Assembly: GCA_050246815.1 (NCBI GenBank)
Contig: JBFWVI010000011.1
Location: 1,782 to 65,297 of the forward strand
Origin: Bdellovibrionales bacterium
GTDB taxonomy: Bacteria > Bdellovibrionota > Bdellovibrionia > Bdellovibrionales > UBA1609
Length of the DNA: 63,516 nucleotides
Direction of reading: 5' to 3'
The translations under genes and the position numbers were made by a program. Of the stretch, positions 28,279 through 38,810 are shown one piece after another (the stretch's first letter is position 1; each line of letters starts with the position of its first letter). A model generated the notes under the pieces. The model was not told the DNA's origin. It made no database searches and worked only from the letters and a program-made list of their open reading frames with translations.

Positions 28279-29066
28279 ATGCGCGAGCTCCGCCAAGTGG
28301 GCTGACGTTTTTCCAGGAATGCCTTCAGCCCCTCTTGCCCTTCGGCACTGGCTCGGCGCTCCGCAATCACTTTGGTGGCCTGACCGCGCTGTAATGACCA
28401 GCTTTGACTGGCCACAAAGTTCATTAGGCGTTTGGCCTCGCGCACAGCCTGCGGTCCACATTGACTGAAGTTGTGCAAAGTCGAACGCATGAATTCGTCT
28501 ATCTCTAGACTGCGTCCCACTTGATGAATAAGGCCGTAGCTTTTTGCTTCGTCTGCGCTGAACACACGAGCGCTCAGCATCACTTCACGCACTAGTCCTT
28601 GGGGACACTTGCGCAGAACCCAAGGGCTAATCACCGCCGGCGCGATGCCGATGCGGGCCTCAGAAAAACTGAATTTAGTCGAGACCTCGGCGCAGACGAT
28701 GTCGCAAACTGCAACCAAACCAAGGCCACCACCCATCACGTTGCCGTGCACGCACCCGATCAAAGGCAGGCTGCATTCCGCCATGGCTTGATACATAGCA
28801 AACAAACGATCCGCATCGGCGACATTTTCTTCATTCGAAAACTTCACCATGGACTTCATCCACTCCAAATCGCCGCCAGCCGAAAAAGAGGGTCCTGCCC
28901 CTTCTAAAACCACCGCGCGCAAATCGGAGCGTTTTTCAAGCGCCTGAAAGACCTCTGTCAGCTCGCGAATCATCTCGGGGTGAAAGGCGTTGTGCTTGTC
29001 CGGCCGGTTCAACGTCACCGTGCAGACCTGTTCGACTTCTTTGAGCAAAAGGTGCTTCATCATCAC
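28275..29066 (-). CDS. liuC: Methylglutaconyl-CoA hydratase (enoyl-CoA hydratase family)
   Basis: [28 protein letters not shown]; position in the operon. Confidence 0.85.
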   Translation of the reverse strand: MMMKHLLLKEVEQVCTVTLNRPDKHNAFHPEMIRELTEVFQALEKRSDLRAVVLEGAGPSFSAGGDLEWMKSMVKFSNEENVADADRLFAMYQAMAECSLPLIGCVHGNVMGGGLGLVAVCDIVCAEVSTKFSFSEARIGIAPAVISPWVLRKCPQGLVREVMLSARVFSADEAKSYGLIHQVGRSLEIDEFMRSTLHNFSQCGPQAVREAKRLMNFVASQSWSLQRGQATKVIAERRASAEGQEGLKAFLEKRQPTWRSSRI

Positions 29067-30670
29067 ATCCGAAAGACGCCGGTGCGTTTTTCGCCCCAGG
29101 GTCGATTACAGGCGGCGCTGATGGCCAGCGCCAACGTTTTGCGGGTGTCGGCGGGGTCGATGATGCCATCATCCCACAAACGTGCCGTCGAATAATAAGC
29201 CGAGCTTTCTAGTTCGTACTTGGTCAGAGTCGGTTTTTTAAACTGTGTCTGCTCGTCCACCGACATTGTTTGGCCTTTGGCCTTCATCTGATCCATTTTC
29301 ACAGTCAAAAGAACATTGGCGGCTTGTTCGCCGCCCATGACGGAAATCCGAGCATTGGGCCACATCCATAAAAAACGGGGCTGATAGGCACGTCCGCACA
29401 TGCCGTAATTGCCTGCACCATAGGAGCCACCAATCACTACCGTAAATTTGGGCACGCGGGCATTGCTGACAGCCATCACCATCTTGGCGCCATGTTTGGC
29501 GATGCCTTCGTTTTCATATTTTTGGCCGACCATGAAACCGGTGATATTTTGTAAAAACAGCAGCGGCACGCCCCTTTGTTCGCAAAGCTCGATGAAGTGC
29601 GTGGCCTTTAAGGCACTTTCGCTAAACAACACGCCATTGTTGGCGATAACGCCCACCGGGAAACCCCAGATATGGGCGAAGCCCGTGACTAGCGTGGTGC
29701 CGTAAGTGGGTTTGAATTCATGAAACCGACTGCCATCCACCAAACGGGCAATCACCTCACGCACATCGTAAGGAATGCGGGTGTCTTTGGGAATAACACC
29801 GTAAATTTCTTGCGCGTCATAAAGCGGCTCCACAACAGGCTTCACCGCCATCGGCACGTTTTTGCGATGATTCAGTTGCGCCACGATGCTGCGCGCGATC
29901 ACCAAGGCCTCTTGATCATCATTCGCCATGTGATCGGTCACGCCGCTGACTTCGCTGTGCACTTCGGCGCCACCCAAGGCTTGCGGATCGACTTCTTCGC
30001 CGGTGGCGGCCCTCACCAAAGGGGGGCCACCTAAAAAGATCGTGCCGTTGCCTTTGACGATGATGTTTTCATCGCTCATGGCGGGAACATAGGCTCCGCC
30101 CGCCGTGCAAGAACCCATCACCACCGCGATTTGGGCGATGCCATCGGCGGACATCTGGGCTTGATTATAAAAAATCCGGCCAAAATGATCGCGGTCGGGA
30201 AAAACTTCGGCCTGCAAAGGCAAATAGGCGCCACCGCTGTCCACCAAATACAAACAGTGTAAACCGTTTTCACGGGCGATTTCTTGCGCTCGCAAATGTT
30301 TTTTCACCGTCATCGGATAATATGTCCCGCCTTTGACGGTGGCATCGTTGGCCACGATCATACACTCGGTGCCTTGAATCACGCCCACACCGGTGACGAT
30401 GCCGGCGCCAGGCGCTTCATTGTCATACATGCCCCACGCCGCCAAAGTGGAGAGCTCTAAAAATTGCGTGCCCGGGTCGATCAGGTTTTCTATGCGTTCG
30501 CGTGCGGTCAACTTACCGCGGGATTTGTGACGGGCCACGGCTTCAGTGCCACCACCCTGGCGAACTTGCTCTTGGCGCGCACGCCATTTTTCAACCAAAC
30601 CAAACATAGCTTGACGGTTTTCTTTGAAGGCCGATGATTTCGTATCCGTGCGGGTTTCGAGCTGTTCCAT
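29063..30670 (-). CDS. liuB: Methylcrotonyl-CoA carboxylase beta (carboxyltransferase)
   Basis: [47 protein letters not shown]. Confidence 0.95.
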   Translation of the reverse strand: MEQLETRTDTKSSAFKENRQAMFGLVEKWRARQEQVRQGGGTEAVARHKSRGKLTARERIENLIDPGTQFLELSTLAAWGMYDNEAPGAGIVTGVGVIQGTECMIVANDATVKGGTYYPMTVKKHLRAQEIARENGLHCLYLVDSGGAYLPLQAEVFPDRDHFGRIFYNQAQMSADGIAQIAVVMGSCTAGGAYVPAMSDENIIVKGNGTIFLGGPPLVRAATGEEVDPQALGGAEVHSEVSGVTDHMANDDQEALVIARSIVAQLNHRKNVPMAVKPVVEPLYDAQEIYGVIPKDTRIPYDVREVIARLVDGSRFHEFKPTYGTTLVTGFAHIWGFPVGVIANNGVLFSESALKATHFIELCEQRGVPLLFLQNITGFMVGQKYENEGIAKHGAKMVMAVSNARVPKFTVVIGGSYGAGNYGMCGRAYQPRFLWMWPNARISVMGGEQAANVLLTVKMDQMKAKGQTMSVDEQTQFKKPTLTKYELESSAYYSTARLWDDGIIDPADTRKTLALAISAACNRPWGEKRTGVFRM

Positions 30671-30675
30671 AAGCG

Positions 30676-31209
30676 TTAAAGACTACCGTTCCCCGTAGCC
30701 CCGGGCAAGGCGGGCGTGTGATGCAGACGCACCTCCAGCTGGATTTCGCCCAAGCGCTGCTCACGGGCCGACCAGATCCTCACCACCAACTCTCTAAAGG
30801 CTTGGCCATCACGAAAAACATCATTTAACCAGGCCTCTCTATCAGCCGCTTTCAACTCGAGGCGCAACTTCACTGCCTGATGAAACGGTGTGTCCAATTG
30901 GGCGATCACTTTCTGAACGCTGAAGGCATCCGAATTCTGTAAGGGCAAGTGTCGGCCCATTAAGGTGCGGGCCATAAATTCGCTCAAAGTGACAAGATTG
31001 CCTGCGGTGGCCCCGCTCAAAGGCACAGTAACCCCGACGCGAATATCCGACCACTCTTCCAAATTGAACAATGTGGCCAAAAGCTCGGGCTGAACCACCT
31101 GTGACGCATAGTTTAATACCCGCTTAGCCAACTCGGGGCTGTAACTTTCAAGACGGTGGGCCAAGGTTTCAGGCAGTCGTAGCCATTTTTGCGGATTTGT
31201 CCATTTCAC
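30676..31209 (-). CDS. Hypothetical protein (possibly a degenerate hotdog fold)
   Basis: First gene of the liu operon, 5 bp from liuB; GTG start after GGGGG. Confidence 0.55.
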   Translation of the reverse strand: MKWTNPQKWLRLPETLAHRLESYSPELAKRVLNYASQVVQPELLATLFNLEEWSDIRVGVTVPLSGATAGNLVTLSEFMARTLMGRHLPLQNSDAFSVQKVIAQLDTPFHQAVKLRLELKAADREAWLNDVFRDGQAFRELVVRIWSAREQRLGEIQLEVRLHHTPALPGATGNGSL

Positions 31210-31289
31210 GTTCGCCCCCCAATGATGCAAGTTGAGTCCTGCTTTGATTTCGCGATAGGATCGCTTTTAGTCAACGATTGGATTGTGAA

Positions 31290-31718
31290 ATGAAATACGT
31301 GGGCACATTTTTGTTTTTGTTTGGAATGTATTGGACCTGGGGATTGGCCAAAAACGACCAGGCTATTTCGCAGCAAGTTCACGTCAGCATTCAAGATGAC
31401 TTAAAAAAACTGATCGCCGACTACATCCAGCAAAACCTGCCCAATTCGACCAATTTGCGTTTTGAGCGATTTTGGACCGAGGCCAACACCGACAATCAGG
31501 TCAAAGCCACCTTCACCTATTCATTCGAAGACACCAGCGAGAACGTCGGCGCAACCCGTGTGCAGATTGAAGGCTACGCCGTACTCAACCGGGTCAAAGA
31601 AACCTCGGACAGCATCGAATGGAGCTTCGACAAGCTCGAAATCCTGAGCAACTCGGTGGATTACAAAGACCCGATCAATGTAACCCCGGCTGCCACTGAA
31701 CAGCCGGCGGGCGGATAA
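31290..31718 (+). CDS. Exported hypothetical protein
   Basis: N-terminal hydrophobic segment; coherent ORF. Confidence 0.7.
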   Translation: MKYVGTFLFLFGMYWTWGLAKNDQAISQQVHVSIQDDLKKLIADYIQQNLPNSTNLRFERFWTEANTDNQVKATFTYSFEDTSENVGATRVQIEGYAVLNRVKETSDSIEWSFDKLEILSNSVDYKDPINVTPAATEQPAGG

Positions 31719-31723
31719 AAATT

Positions 31724-32764
31724 TTGAGCGATTTTCCCAAACGAAGTTTGCAAATCGACGAAGAGGGCTATTGGCTGAGCAATGGCGTTCGTATAAACGA
31801 CATTGAGTACGGACGTGAATTGCTGCAACGCCTGACACGCGACGAACGCGGACGCTTTTTTAGCGGTGACGACGTGGATCGCATTTTCGTTGAAAATTTT
31901 GATGAACCCTTGATCGTGCGCTTGGTGGAACGTCAAGGCGAGCAGCTGATTGGCCATTTTCCTTATCAATGGACCGGCCCTTTGGACTTGGCCACTTTTT
32001 CGGTGGACGAATGGGATCGTTTTCATGGTCGCACGGCGGGCGGTATCCCCTATGTTTTGTCGCGCGCCGCTCAAGCCGCCCTTTTTGACGCGGTCGACGA
32101 GTTCGACGATTCGGGATTAAGCTTCGCTGGCCGACGCTTTGAAATCGGCCCCTGGCTGGAGCCTTTTCAAGCCTCCAAAACACAAGACTTCTGGAGTGAT
32201 ATTTACCAAAACGGTCAACCCGGCTGGGAGCTGGGCCAAGAGTCCGTGATCTTGCCGCCGATACTGCCCCAATTGAAAATCCCACGTCAACGCATCGCCG
32301 TTTTGGGCTGCGGCAGCGGCCACGACGCCGCTTTTTTTGCCCGCGCCGGCCATTTGGTGACCGGAATCGACTTTAGTGATGAGGCCATTGCCCGCGCACA
32401 AAAAAGTTACGGCGATATCGCCGATCTAAAATTTGTAAAGGCAGATATTTTCAATCTGCCAACCGCGATGAATGGACAATTCGATGTGGTTTTTGAACAC
32501 ACCTGTTACTGCGCGGTGGACCCGAGTCGACGAAATGAATTGATCAAAGTGTGGATGAAACTGTTGGCGGAACGCGGCCATCTGCTCGGCCTCTTTTTTG
32601 TCATGGACAAACGCCAAGGTCCGCCGTGGGGTGGCAGTGAATGGGAAACTCGCGAACGCCTAAAACGCCATTTTGATTTTCGCTTTTGGACCCGTTGGCA
32701 AAAATCCATCGAGCGGCGCCAGGGCTGCGAGCTGGTGGTCTGGGCGCAGGCGAAACAGCGCTAA
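31724..32764 (+). CDS. DUF1285-like domain fused to a TPMT/thiol-halide-type SAM methyltransferase
   Basis: FWSDIY...PGWELG, VLGCGSGHDA, FDVVFEHTCYCAV, GPPWG; N-terminal QIDEEGYW. Confidence 0.8.
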   Translation: MSDFPKRSLQIDEEGYWLSNGVRINDIEYGRELLQRLTRDERGRFFSGDDVDRIFVENFDEPLIVRLVERQGEQLIGHFPYQWTGPLDLATFSVDEWDRFHGRTAGGIPYVLSRAAQAALFDAVDEFDDSGLSFAGRRFEIGPWLEPFQASKTQDFWSDIYQNGQPGWELGQESVILPPILPQLKIPRQRIAVLGCGSGHDAAFFARAGHLVTGIDFSDEAIARAQKSYGDIADLKFVKADIFNLPTAMNGQFDVVFEHTCYCAVDPSRRNELIKVWMKLLAERGHLLGLFFVMDKRQGPPWGGSEWETRERLKRHFDFRFWTRWQKSIERRQGCELVVWAQAKQR

Positions 32765-32784
32765 TCGTTCCCTCTGAATGAATC

Positions 32785-33204
32785 CTATCGTGTGAGCGTG
32801 CAGTTTTGACCGGTACTTTGGCGAAGCAATTTGGTGCCCTGGTAGCAGTAGGCCACGACCGCGTTTTTTTCGTAATGAATGTCGCCATTACGACCATCCG
32901 GACAGTGAAAAATAAAGTCGTATATGTCGGCACTGCGCGCGTCGTCAAGTTCACGAAAAATACAGTCTGACATTTTGTCCAACGGCTGACCGCAGGCCGC
33001 CTCATGACTGAAGATCACATAGGTCGTTGGTACAGGCGCGCCCTTGACCGTCACGGTGGAGGCAATCCGAACCGTTTCGGCTGTGGTCTGCAGAGAAAAT
33101 TCTCTTTTGGCTTGAGCGCTTTCACTTTGGCAATTGAGAGAAGTCGCATGGGCACTGAGCCCGGCCGCACCCAACACGAGCAAAACAATTACATTCAATC
33201 TCAC
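32785..33204 (-). CDS. Small secreted Cys-containing protein
   Basis: Signal peptide (..LSAHA|TS); six Cys. Confidence 0.7.
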   Translation of the reverse strand: MRLNVIVLLVLGAAGLSAHATSLNCQSESAQAKREFSLQTTAETVRIASTVTVKGAPVPTTYVIFSHEAACGQPLDKMSDCIFRELDDARSADIYDFIFHCPDGRNGDIHYEKNAVVAYCYQGTKLLRQSTGQNCTLTR

Positions 33205-33226
33205 TTGAGCTTCCTCGGTTTGAGAT

Positions 33227-33838
33227 TTATGCGCTGTCGCGTTCTTGACGGACTTGCTGCATTTGGCGACCGCTTTCTAAAAGCTTGTCTAAAACGCGCA
33301 CCGTGATCTGACGCGATTCGTGATTCAGCAAATGACCAAGGATGGTGATGCCCTCTTCGGACGGACGCTGAAAGCGAGACAATGCCAAAAGATCTTCATC
33401 GCTTAAACCAATGCTGTCGATCGCCGCAAAATCTCCGTCTTGACCGGCCTTTAAGGCTGCAAGTAACTGGTCAACAGAGTTTTTGTCACTTTCTAAAACT
33501 TGAGCGAGAGCCTCGTTCGAAATCGCTTCTGGTACTTGTTGATTGCTCATGCAGTGAACACGGTATTCGTAACCTTGGTAGACCATATAATAACCATAAG
33601 GTGTGTGCTGGATCATGTAGCCCTGAGCAACATACTGCTGACAATAGCTGTAGCGAGGAACATAACGGGGTGCTGGCGGCATGCTGTAATAGCGCTGCTC
33701 AGTCATGGCCGAAACGACCAACAAACCGACTAAAGCGCCAATTCCCGCCGCTCGCATATCGGACTGGCGACAACTTACGGCACTGGCCGCAAAGGATAAG
33801 ATCATCAAAGACAATATAAAGCGTTTAAAGACGTTCAT
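33227..33838 (-). CDS. Putative lipoprotein with a Tyr-rich segment
   Basis: GGAGG RBS before ATG 33838; lipobox-like AVSC. Confidence 0.7.
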   Translation of the reverse strand: MNVFKRFILSLMILSFAASAVSCRQSDMRAAGIGALVGLLVVSAMTEQRYYSMPPAPRYVPRYSYCQQYVAQGYMIQHTPYGYYMVYQGYEYRVHCMSNQQVPEAISNEALAQVLESDKNSVDQLLAALKAGQDGDFAAIDSIGLSDEDLLALSRFQRPSEEGITILGHLLNHESRQITVRVLDKLLESGRQMQQVRQERDSA

Positions 33839-33869
33839 GGGGCCTCCATATGAGTGGCAAAAGCTAAAG

Positions 33870-33885
33870 TGCAAGGCCCATACCC
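33870..33885 (-). promoter_or_regulatory. sigma54 (-24/-12) promoter
   Basis: Minus strand GGGTATGGGCCTTGCA (GG-N10-GC, TTGCA), 32 bp before the ATG. Confidence 0.55.
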
Positions 33886-33918
33886 ATTTGAATGTTTTTG
33901 GGCTAGTACTAAAGGGCG

Positions 33919-34221
33919 ATGAGATTAGTCTTTGGCTTGCTTGATGGCTCAACTTTGAAACTGCATCTGCATGTGCAACCCGGCGCCAAGCGCACCGAAA
34001 TCGTGGGGGTGCACGGTGATCGTCTAAAAATCAAAGTTCATGCGCCACCCGTCGACGGCAAGGCGAATGAAGAAATTTGCGATTTTTTCTCTCAACTCTT
34101 TACCGTGGCGAAACGTAATGTCCAGGTGATCAGCGGACAAACCTCACGGCAAAAAACCCTGCAAATTGAGGAGCTCCCCGCCAATGCTCGTGAAACTCTT
34201 CAGAAATTAGCAGCTACCTGA
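33919..34221 (+). CDS. yggU: DUF167/YggU family protein
   Basis: HVQPGAKR, APPVDGKANEE, SGQTSRQK. Confidence 0.9.
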   Translation: MRLVFGLLDGSTLKLHLHVQPGAKRTEIVGVHGDRLKIKVHAPPVDGKANEEICDFFSQLFTVAKRNVQVISGQTSRQKTLQIEELPANARETLQKLAAT

Positions 34222-34771
34222 TCGCCTGTTTGACCGCGTCGTTGACCTTGGCTTTGATTGCGGCGGGATCTTCACTTTCTTGAATTTCTAAATTCAAGCG
34301 CGGTTCAAGACCGGGGCTGGGCATCACTTTGTTGCCTTGCTCAAGCATGGTCATGTGCGACTGCACCAGGGCCCGTACGTTGTTTTCAAACTGCATGCGA
34401 ATACGTTTAAGCTCGGTGATCTCTTGATAGATTTTTTTCAGCGAGTCGCGAGCATCGCGCACGATCATTTCTGATTTTTGATTGGCATCGTTTAAGATCA
34501 GCTTGGCCTCGCGCTCGGCATCCACCTGGATTTTTTCGGCCATGCGAGTGGCGGTGGTGATGGTGCTTTTCAGCAGATCATCGCGTTCACGATACTCAGC
34601 GATGGCCAGCTCGCGATCGCGAAGCACTTCACGCAAAGAATTTCGTTCGCGAATCACGGTTTCGAGTTCATCCGCCACCAGACGCATGAAATCCATGACC
34701 TCTTGGGGGTCCAAACCCATCATCTTGCGGTTGAATGTCTTATGGGCAATATCGATCGGCGCGATTTTCAT
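34214..34771 (-). CDS. divIVA: DivIVA domain protein
   Basis: IAPIDIAHKTFNRKMMGLDPQEVMDFM followed by coiled coil. Confidence 0.92.
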   Translation of the reverse strand: MKIAPIDIAHKTFNRKMMGLDPQEVMDFMRLVADELETVIRERNSLREVLRDRELAIAEYRERDDLLKSTITTATRMAEKIQVDAEREAKLILNDANQKSEMIVRDARDSLKKIYQEITELKRIRMQFENNVRALVQSHMTMLEQGNKVMPSPGLEPRLNLEIQESEDPAAIKAKVNDAVKQAIR

Positions 34772-34899
34772 AAAGTCCCCCTACCTACTTATACAGGGTA
34801 AGGAACTGGCCGCGCTGAATCAAGAGGCATCCGCACAAACAAAAATTTTGCTGCGCGTCTTAACCTCAGTGGTAGGCCCCGGTGTCTAAGGTGGCCGCC

Positions 34900-36165
34900 C
34901 TAGATTCCGCCCACATTGATCAGGTAGCTCGATCCCTCCAACTGATCTTCAATGGTTCCCAGCACCGCCGGCCAAGTGGTGTCGTTCAGGTCGGGGTCCG
35001 TCAATTGCTCCAAAAAGGTGCTCAAAACTGTCAGGCCCGTGTTGAACAGGCTCGAAAGTCCGTTGGTGACAATGTCCAGCCGGGCTCGAGTCTTTTCATC
35101 GCGGAACGGATCCAAATAATAACTGTAGGTTGAGCAGCCATCGAAAAAGAAGATTTGGCGCTTTTTACCGTTGAATTTAAAGCCACCTGCCTTTTTTTCA
35201 AGTAGGGCAATGTCTAGGTTGGAGCCAAGCCCCGAGTGGCCGGTGTAATAGACCACGTCCGCCGACTGCACGGCCTCTTTGAAGAATTTAGCGAAGGTCA
35301 CGGTGCGAAGGCCCGCGCCACTTTCCACCAACAAGCTGTTAATCTGAACCTCGATGGTTTTGCCGTTGGCCAGCCGCAACGACTTGCTGTAGCGATGCAG
35401 GGGCCGGTTGTTGTGACGGCTTAATACTTTTTCATTGTAGCCATTTTTGATCAGGTATTCATTGAAGCTGCTAAAACCTTCGCGTCCCATGTCTAAGGGG
35501 TCCACCGAACTATCCGAAAACCCGTGCACGACATCGATACGAAACAGCGCCCCGTTGTCGTTGTTCCCGCGCAGCAAATCCAGGCGCAGATTTTCGTCCA
35601 ACTTTCTTTTTGTCGAGGGACGGATCTTAAACGAAAAGCTGTCCGCAAAAGGGGCTTTAGCCAGATACTCGCAGCCCTCACGATTCACATCAAAAAAGTA
35701 CCAAAAATCACTGGGCAGATGGTAGTGCTCGTCGGTGCAAGCCTGATCGTAATAATTGAAAACATCAAGTGGCAACGGAATCGTCAGAGGACCGCTGGCT
35801 ATTAAGCGCTCGCCCACGGTTTTGTGCAAAAGAATTTTGCCGCTGGCCTCATAGTGAACCAATCGTTTGCCGTTGCCCACAGCTTGAGTCTCTTTGATTT
35901 CATATTCAACCGGCGCTTGAATCGCGCCAATGCCCCCGATCAAATCGGGATCCAAACCAAAACCAGAAATTGTCCCTGGTGAATGAAACGTACCAAACGC
36001 ATGCGCCAACTGCCGATCGGCCTCGTAACGCCATTTGCGCACCCCGTTTTGCGAAGAAACAAACCGCGCCTCAATCGTGAAACTGTACTCTGAGGCTTTT
36101 GGACTGTAAACCTGCGCACCCGCACCAAAGGGCAAAAGCAAAAACGCCCCGATAAAAAAACGCAT
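34900..36165 (-). CDS. Secreted protein with a clan CD-like His/Cys motif pair
   Basis: Signal peptide (..GAGA|Q); VVYYTGHSG and IFFFDGCST. Confidence 0.6.
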   Translation of the reverse strand: MRFFIGAFLLLPFGAGAQVYSPKASEYSFTIEARFVSSQNGVRKWRYEADRQLAHAFGTFHSPGTISGFGLDPDLIGGIGAIQAPVEYEIKETQAVGNGKRLVHYEASGKILLHKTVGERLIASGPLTIPLPLDVFNYYDQACTDEHYHLPSDFWYFFDVNREGCEYLAKAPFADSFSFKIRPSTKRKLDENLRLDLLRGNNDNGALFRIDVVHGFSDSSVDPLDMGREGFSSFNEYLIKNGYNEKVLSRHNNRPLHRYSKSLRLANGKTIEVQINSLLVESGAGLRTVTFAKFFKEAVQSADVVYYTGHSGLGSNLDIALLEKKAGGFKFNGKKRQIFFFDGCSTYSYYLDPFRDEKTRARLDIVTNGLSSLFNTGLTVLSTFLEQLTDPDLNDTTWPAVLGTIEDQLEGSSYLINVGGI

Positions 36166-36315
36166 AACACCCCCCTACCAAAGCCTGTCATGGCTAAAAA
36201 ATCGTTGCTACACAAGCAGTGCGGTGCTTTTGAAAAATGTGCAGATCTGCTTTCGCCGCTCGCCTTCAGTCCGAATCTGCATGACGTTACGGGCCCACCC
36301 AAAAAGGAGTTCATC

Positions 36316-36690
36316 ATGGCTTCCATCCGTTATTTGGTCGACGATGTGGATACAGCGGTGAAGTTTTACGCCGAGCAATTGGGGTTTGAATTGGAAGAAC
36401 AATTCGGCCCGGCTATGGCGATTGTCCGCAAAAACGATCTGACACTCTGGTTGGCTGGCCCGATGTCTTCTGCCGCCAAGCCCATGGCCGATGGCCGAAA
36501 GCTCCATGCCGGTGGCTGGAATCGGTTTGTGCTGCAGGTTGAAAACTTGCACGAAATGGTCGCGGATCTTAAAAAATCAGGCGTCAAGTTTCTGAATGAA
36601 ATCACCCAAGGCCCTGGCGGATCGCAAACTCTTTGCCAGGATCCTTCCGGCAACGCCATCGAGCTTTTTCAGCCTGCAGGTTTTAATTAG
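36316..36690 (+). CDS. VOC/glyoxalase family protein
   Basis: RYLVDDVDTAVKFY, GWNRF, DPSGNAIELFQ; AAGGAG RBS. Confidence 0.9.
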   Translation: MASIRYLVDDVDTAVKFYAEQLGFELEEQFGPAMAIVRKNDLTLWLAGPMSSAAKPMADGRKLHAGGWNRFVLQVENLHEMVADLKKSGVKFLNEITQGPGGSQTLCQDPSGNAIELFQPAGFN

Positions 36691-37523
36691 CGCGATTGCT
36701 GCTCTTCGCCCAATTCTTTGTCGCGCATCGCCGCTTTTTCAAAGCTGTAACGAAGCAGTCGCTCGATTTCGAGTTCACGCATTGAATCCAGACCAGCGGC
36801 CGTGATTCCCTTTTTCGACGTGACCCGAGCCTGCAGATCCATCACCGGCATCTGCGGCGCCTGATCTGCCAACAAACTCGCGCCCAAAAAGGTCTTCACT
36901 GTCATTTGGCGCGCTTGTTCGGGATCGAAATCATGTTCTTCCAACCACTCCTGCCAATACTGCATCAACTCAAGAACAAAGCCGACCCCGGCACTGCAGG
37001 CCACTGAAAGGGACGCGAAATGATCTTCGTCATCCACGCCGATCACGGCACCCAAAGGCTTCAGCAGACGCTCCATCATGGGCCTTAGGTGCGAGGCATC
37101 GCCAGCCAGGTAATAGCCGCTGACCCCTTGTCGAATGCGCACAGGTGTATTGGGCATGACCCGAACCCACTGCTTCACATTGGGCAAAAGGCGTTTTAGA
37201 CGCGCCACCGAAACCCCTGCGGCCAAACTCATCACCACATGGTGCGCACCGAATGTGGATGAAATGGATTCCAGAGCAGGCACCAAATCTTGCGGCTTCA
37301 CCGCCAAGATCACCAGCTCACAGGCCTCAATCAGCTCTTCGATCGTGTCGCAGGCAACAATGCCAAACTGTTCGCTGACTTTTTTAAGTTTGCCCGGAGT
37401 GCGATTGACCCCATAAATTTGGTTGGCGGGAACAGCGCCACTTTCCGTCCAGGTTTGAATCATGGCCTGTGCCATGTTGCCGACGCCAATAAATCCAATT
37501 TTACGATGTTCGGTCTGTGACAT
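36687..37523 (-). CDS. proC: Pyrroline-5-carboxylate reductase
   Basis: IGFIGVGNM, LAVKPQ, RVMPNTP, VTSKKGIT. Confidence 0.92.
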   Translation of the reverse strand: MSQTEHRKIGFIGVGNMAQAMIQTWTESGAVPANQIYGVNRTPGKLKKVSEQFGIVACDTIEELIEACELVILAVKPQDLVPALESISSTFGAHHVVMSLAAGVSVARLKRLLPNVKQWVRVMPNTPVRIRQGVSGYYLAGDASHLRPMMERLLKPLGAVIGVDDEDHFASLSVACSAGVGFVLELMQYWQEWLEEHDFDPEQARQMTVKTFLGASLLADQAPQMPVMDLQARVTSKKGITAAGLDSMRELEIERLLRYSFEKAAMRDKELGEEQQSR

Positions 37524-37534
37524 GAAGACTACCT

Positions 37535-38236
37535 CTACCCTTTCGGACGTTCGCCGAATAAAACTGTTCCTAAGCGGATCAAAGTGGCACCCTCGGCGAT
37601 GGCCACTTTATAATCTTGGCTCGTACCCATTGAAAGCTCATTCCAGTCGTGGCCCTGCGCGAAACGGCTCCACTGCTGTAAAGCCACGCGCGCCTGCCGA
37701 AAATAGGGCCGTGAGTCTTCGGAGTTCACGCTTGCCGGTGGCATCACCATTAAACCACACAAGTTTAAATTCGGAAGTTGGGCCCAGGCTTGGATTTGTT
37801 CGGGCGCCTGCTCGGCGTGAACTCCTGCTTTGCTTTCTTCTGCGGCAAAGTTCACTTCCACCAGGACCTTTTGTCGTACACCCTTTTCAACGGCGCATTT
37901 TGAAATCGCTTGGGCCAACGAGTCGCGATCCAAAGAATGGATCATTGAAACTTCGCCCACCACCTGTTTGGCCTTGTTGCTTTGCAAAGCCCCAATCAGG
38001 TGCCACTCCACGCCACAATCATGCAGCAGACGGGCTTTGCTTTGCCATTCTTGTACATAGTTTTCACCAAAGATCTTCAGCCCTAAAGCGCAAGCCTGGC
38101 GCACTAATCCAGCCTCAACAGTTTTGCTGACGGCCACCAAACGCACGTCTTTGGCATCACGGCCGGTCGCGCGCGCGACGGTCTCGATCTCACGCAAAAT
38201 ATGAAGCACATTAATTGCGAGCGAGCTGCCAACCAT
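37535..38236 (-). CDS. yggS: PLP homeostasis protein
   Basis: LVAVSKT, FGENYVQE, WHLIGALQSNK, LSMGTSQDY, IRLGTVLFG. Confidence 0.95.
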   Translation of the reverse strand: MVGSSLAINVLHILREIETVARATGRDAKDVRLVAVSKTVEAGLVRQACALGLKIFGENYVQEWQSKARLLHDCGVEWHLIGALQSNKAKQVVGEVSMIHSLDRDSLAQAISKCAVEKGVRQKVLVEVNFAAEESKAGVHAEQAPEQIQAWAQLPNLNLCGLMVMPPASVNSEDSRPYFRQARVALQQWSRFAQGHDWNELSMGTSQDYKVAIAEGATLIRLGTVLFGERPKG

Positions 38237-38807
38237 GCTGCTTCACCATTCTTTCGAAAAGTTCCATTGGCAAACCGACCACATTGCTCCAAGATCCGCG
38301 CCGTGCTTTCACGAAGGTCGCCGCGCCGCCTTGTATGGCATAAGCCCCGGCTCGATCAAGCGGCTCTCCACTTCGAACATAATCATGAATTTGCTGATCC
38401 GTCAGGGGATGAAACTGGACCCAAGTCGTGTCATGGGCCGTCCAGACCGCGTCTGTGTCGATTTCATAGACACAGATTGCAGTGATAACGCGATGCTCGG
38501 CCCCCGCTAAGGATCGCAAAAAACGCTCGGCTTCAGTCGGGTCTTTTGGTTTTCCCAGTACCATCTCACCAAGGGCCACAACGGTGTCCGCCGAGAGAAT
38601 CAGAAAACCATGTCCTTTCAAGAACTTACGCGCCTGGACCAAGGCCTGGGCCTTGTCCCAGGCAACACGCTCAATCGCGGCCTCTAGGTTCAGGTTTTTA
38701 TCAATTATTTCCGATACTTTAACTGTGTCCACAGTGAAGCGAAAGCCTGCTTTTTGAAGCAGTTCAAAGCGACGTGGCGACTGCGAGGCAAGAATGAGTT
38801 GGTGCAT
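38211..38807 (-). CDS. maf: Maf-family nucleotide pyrophosphatase
   Basis: LILASQSPRR, SADTVV, LGKP, AGAYAIQ, NVVGLP. Confidence 0.94.
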   Translation of the reverse strand: MHQLILASQSPRRFELLQKAGFRFTVDTVKVSEIIDKNLNLEAAIERVAWDKAQALVQARKFLKGHGFLILSADTVVALGEMVLGKPKDPTEAERFLRSLAGAEHRVITAICVYEIDTDAVWTAHDTTWVQFHPLTDQQIHDYVRSGEPLDRAGAYAIQGGAATFVKARRGSWSNVVGLPMELFERMVKQHGWQLARN

Positions 38808-38810
38808 AAG

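Noticed and set aside
34772..34899. Possible ncRNA (e.g. 6S-like) upstream of divIVA
   Set aside because: No convincing long stem or recognisable family motif; an Infernal/Rfam search would be needed
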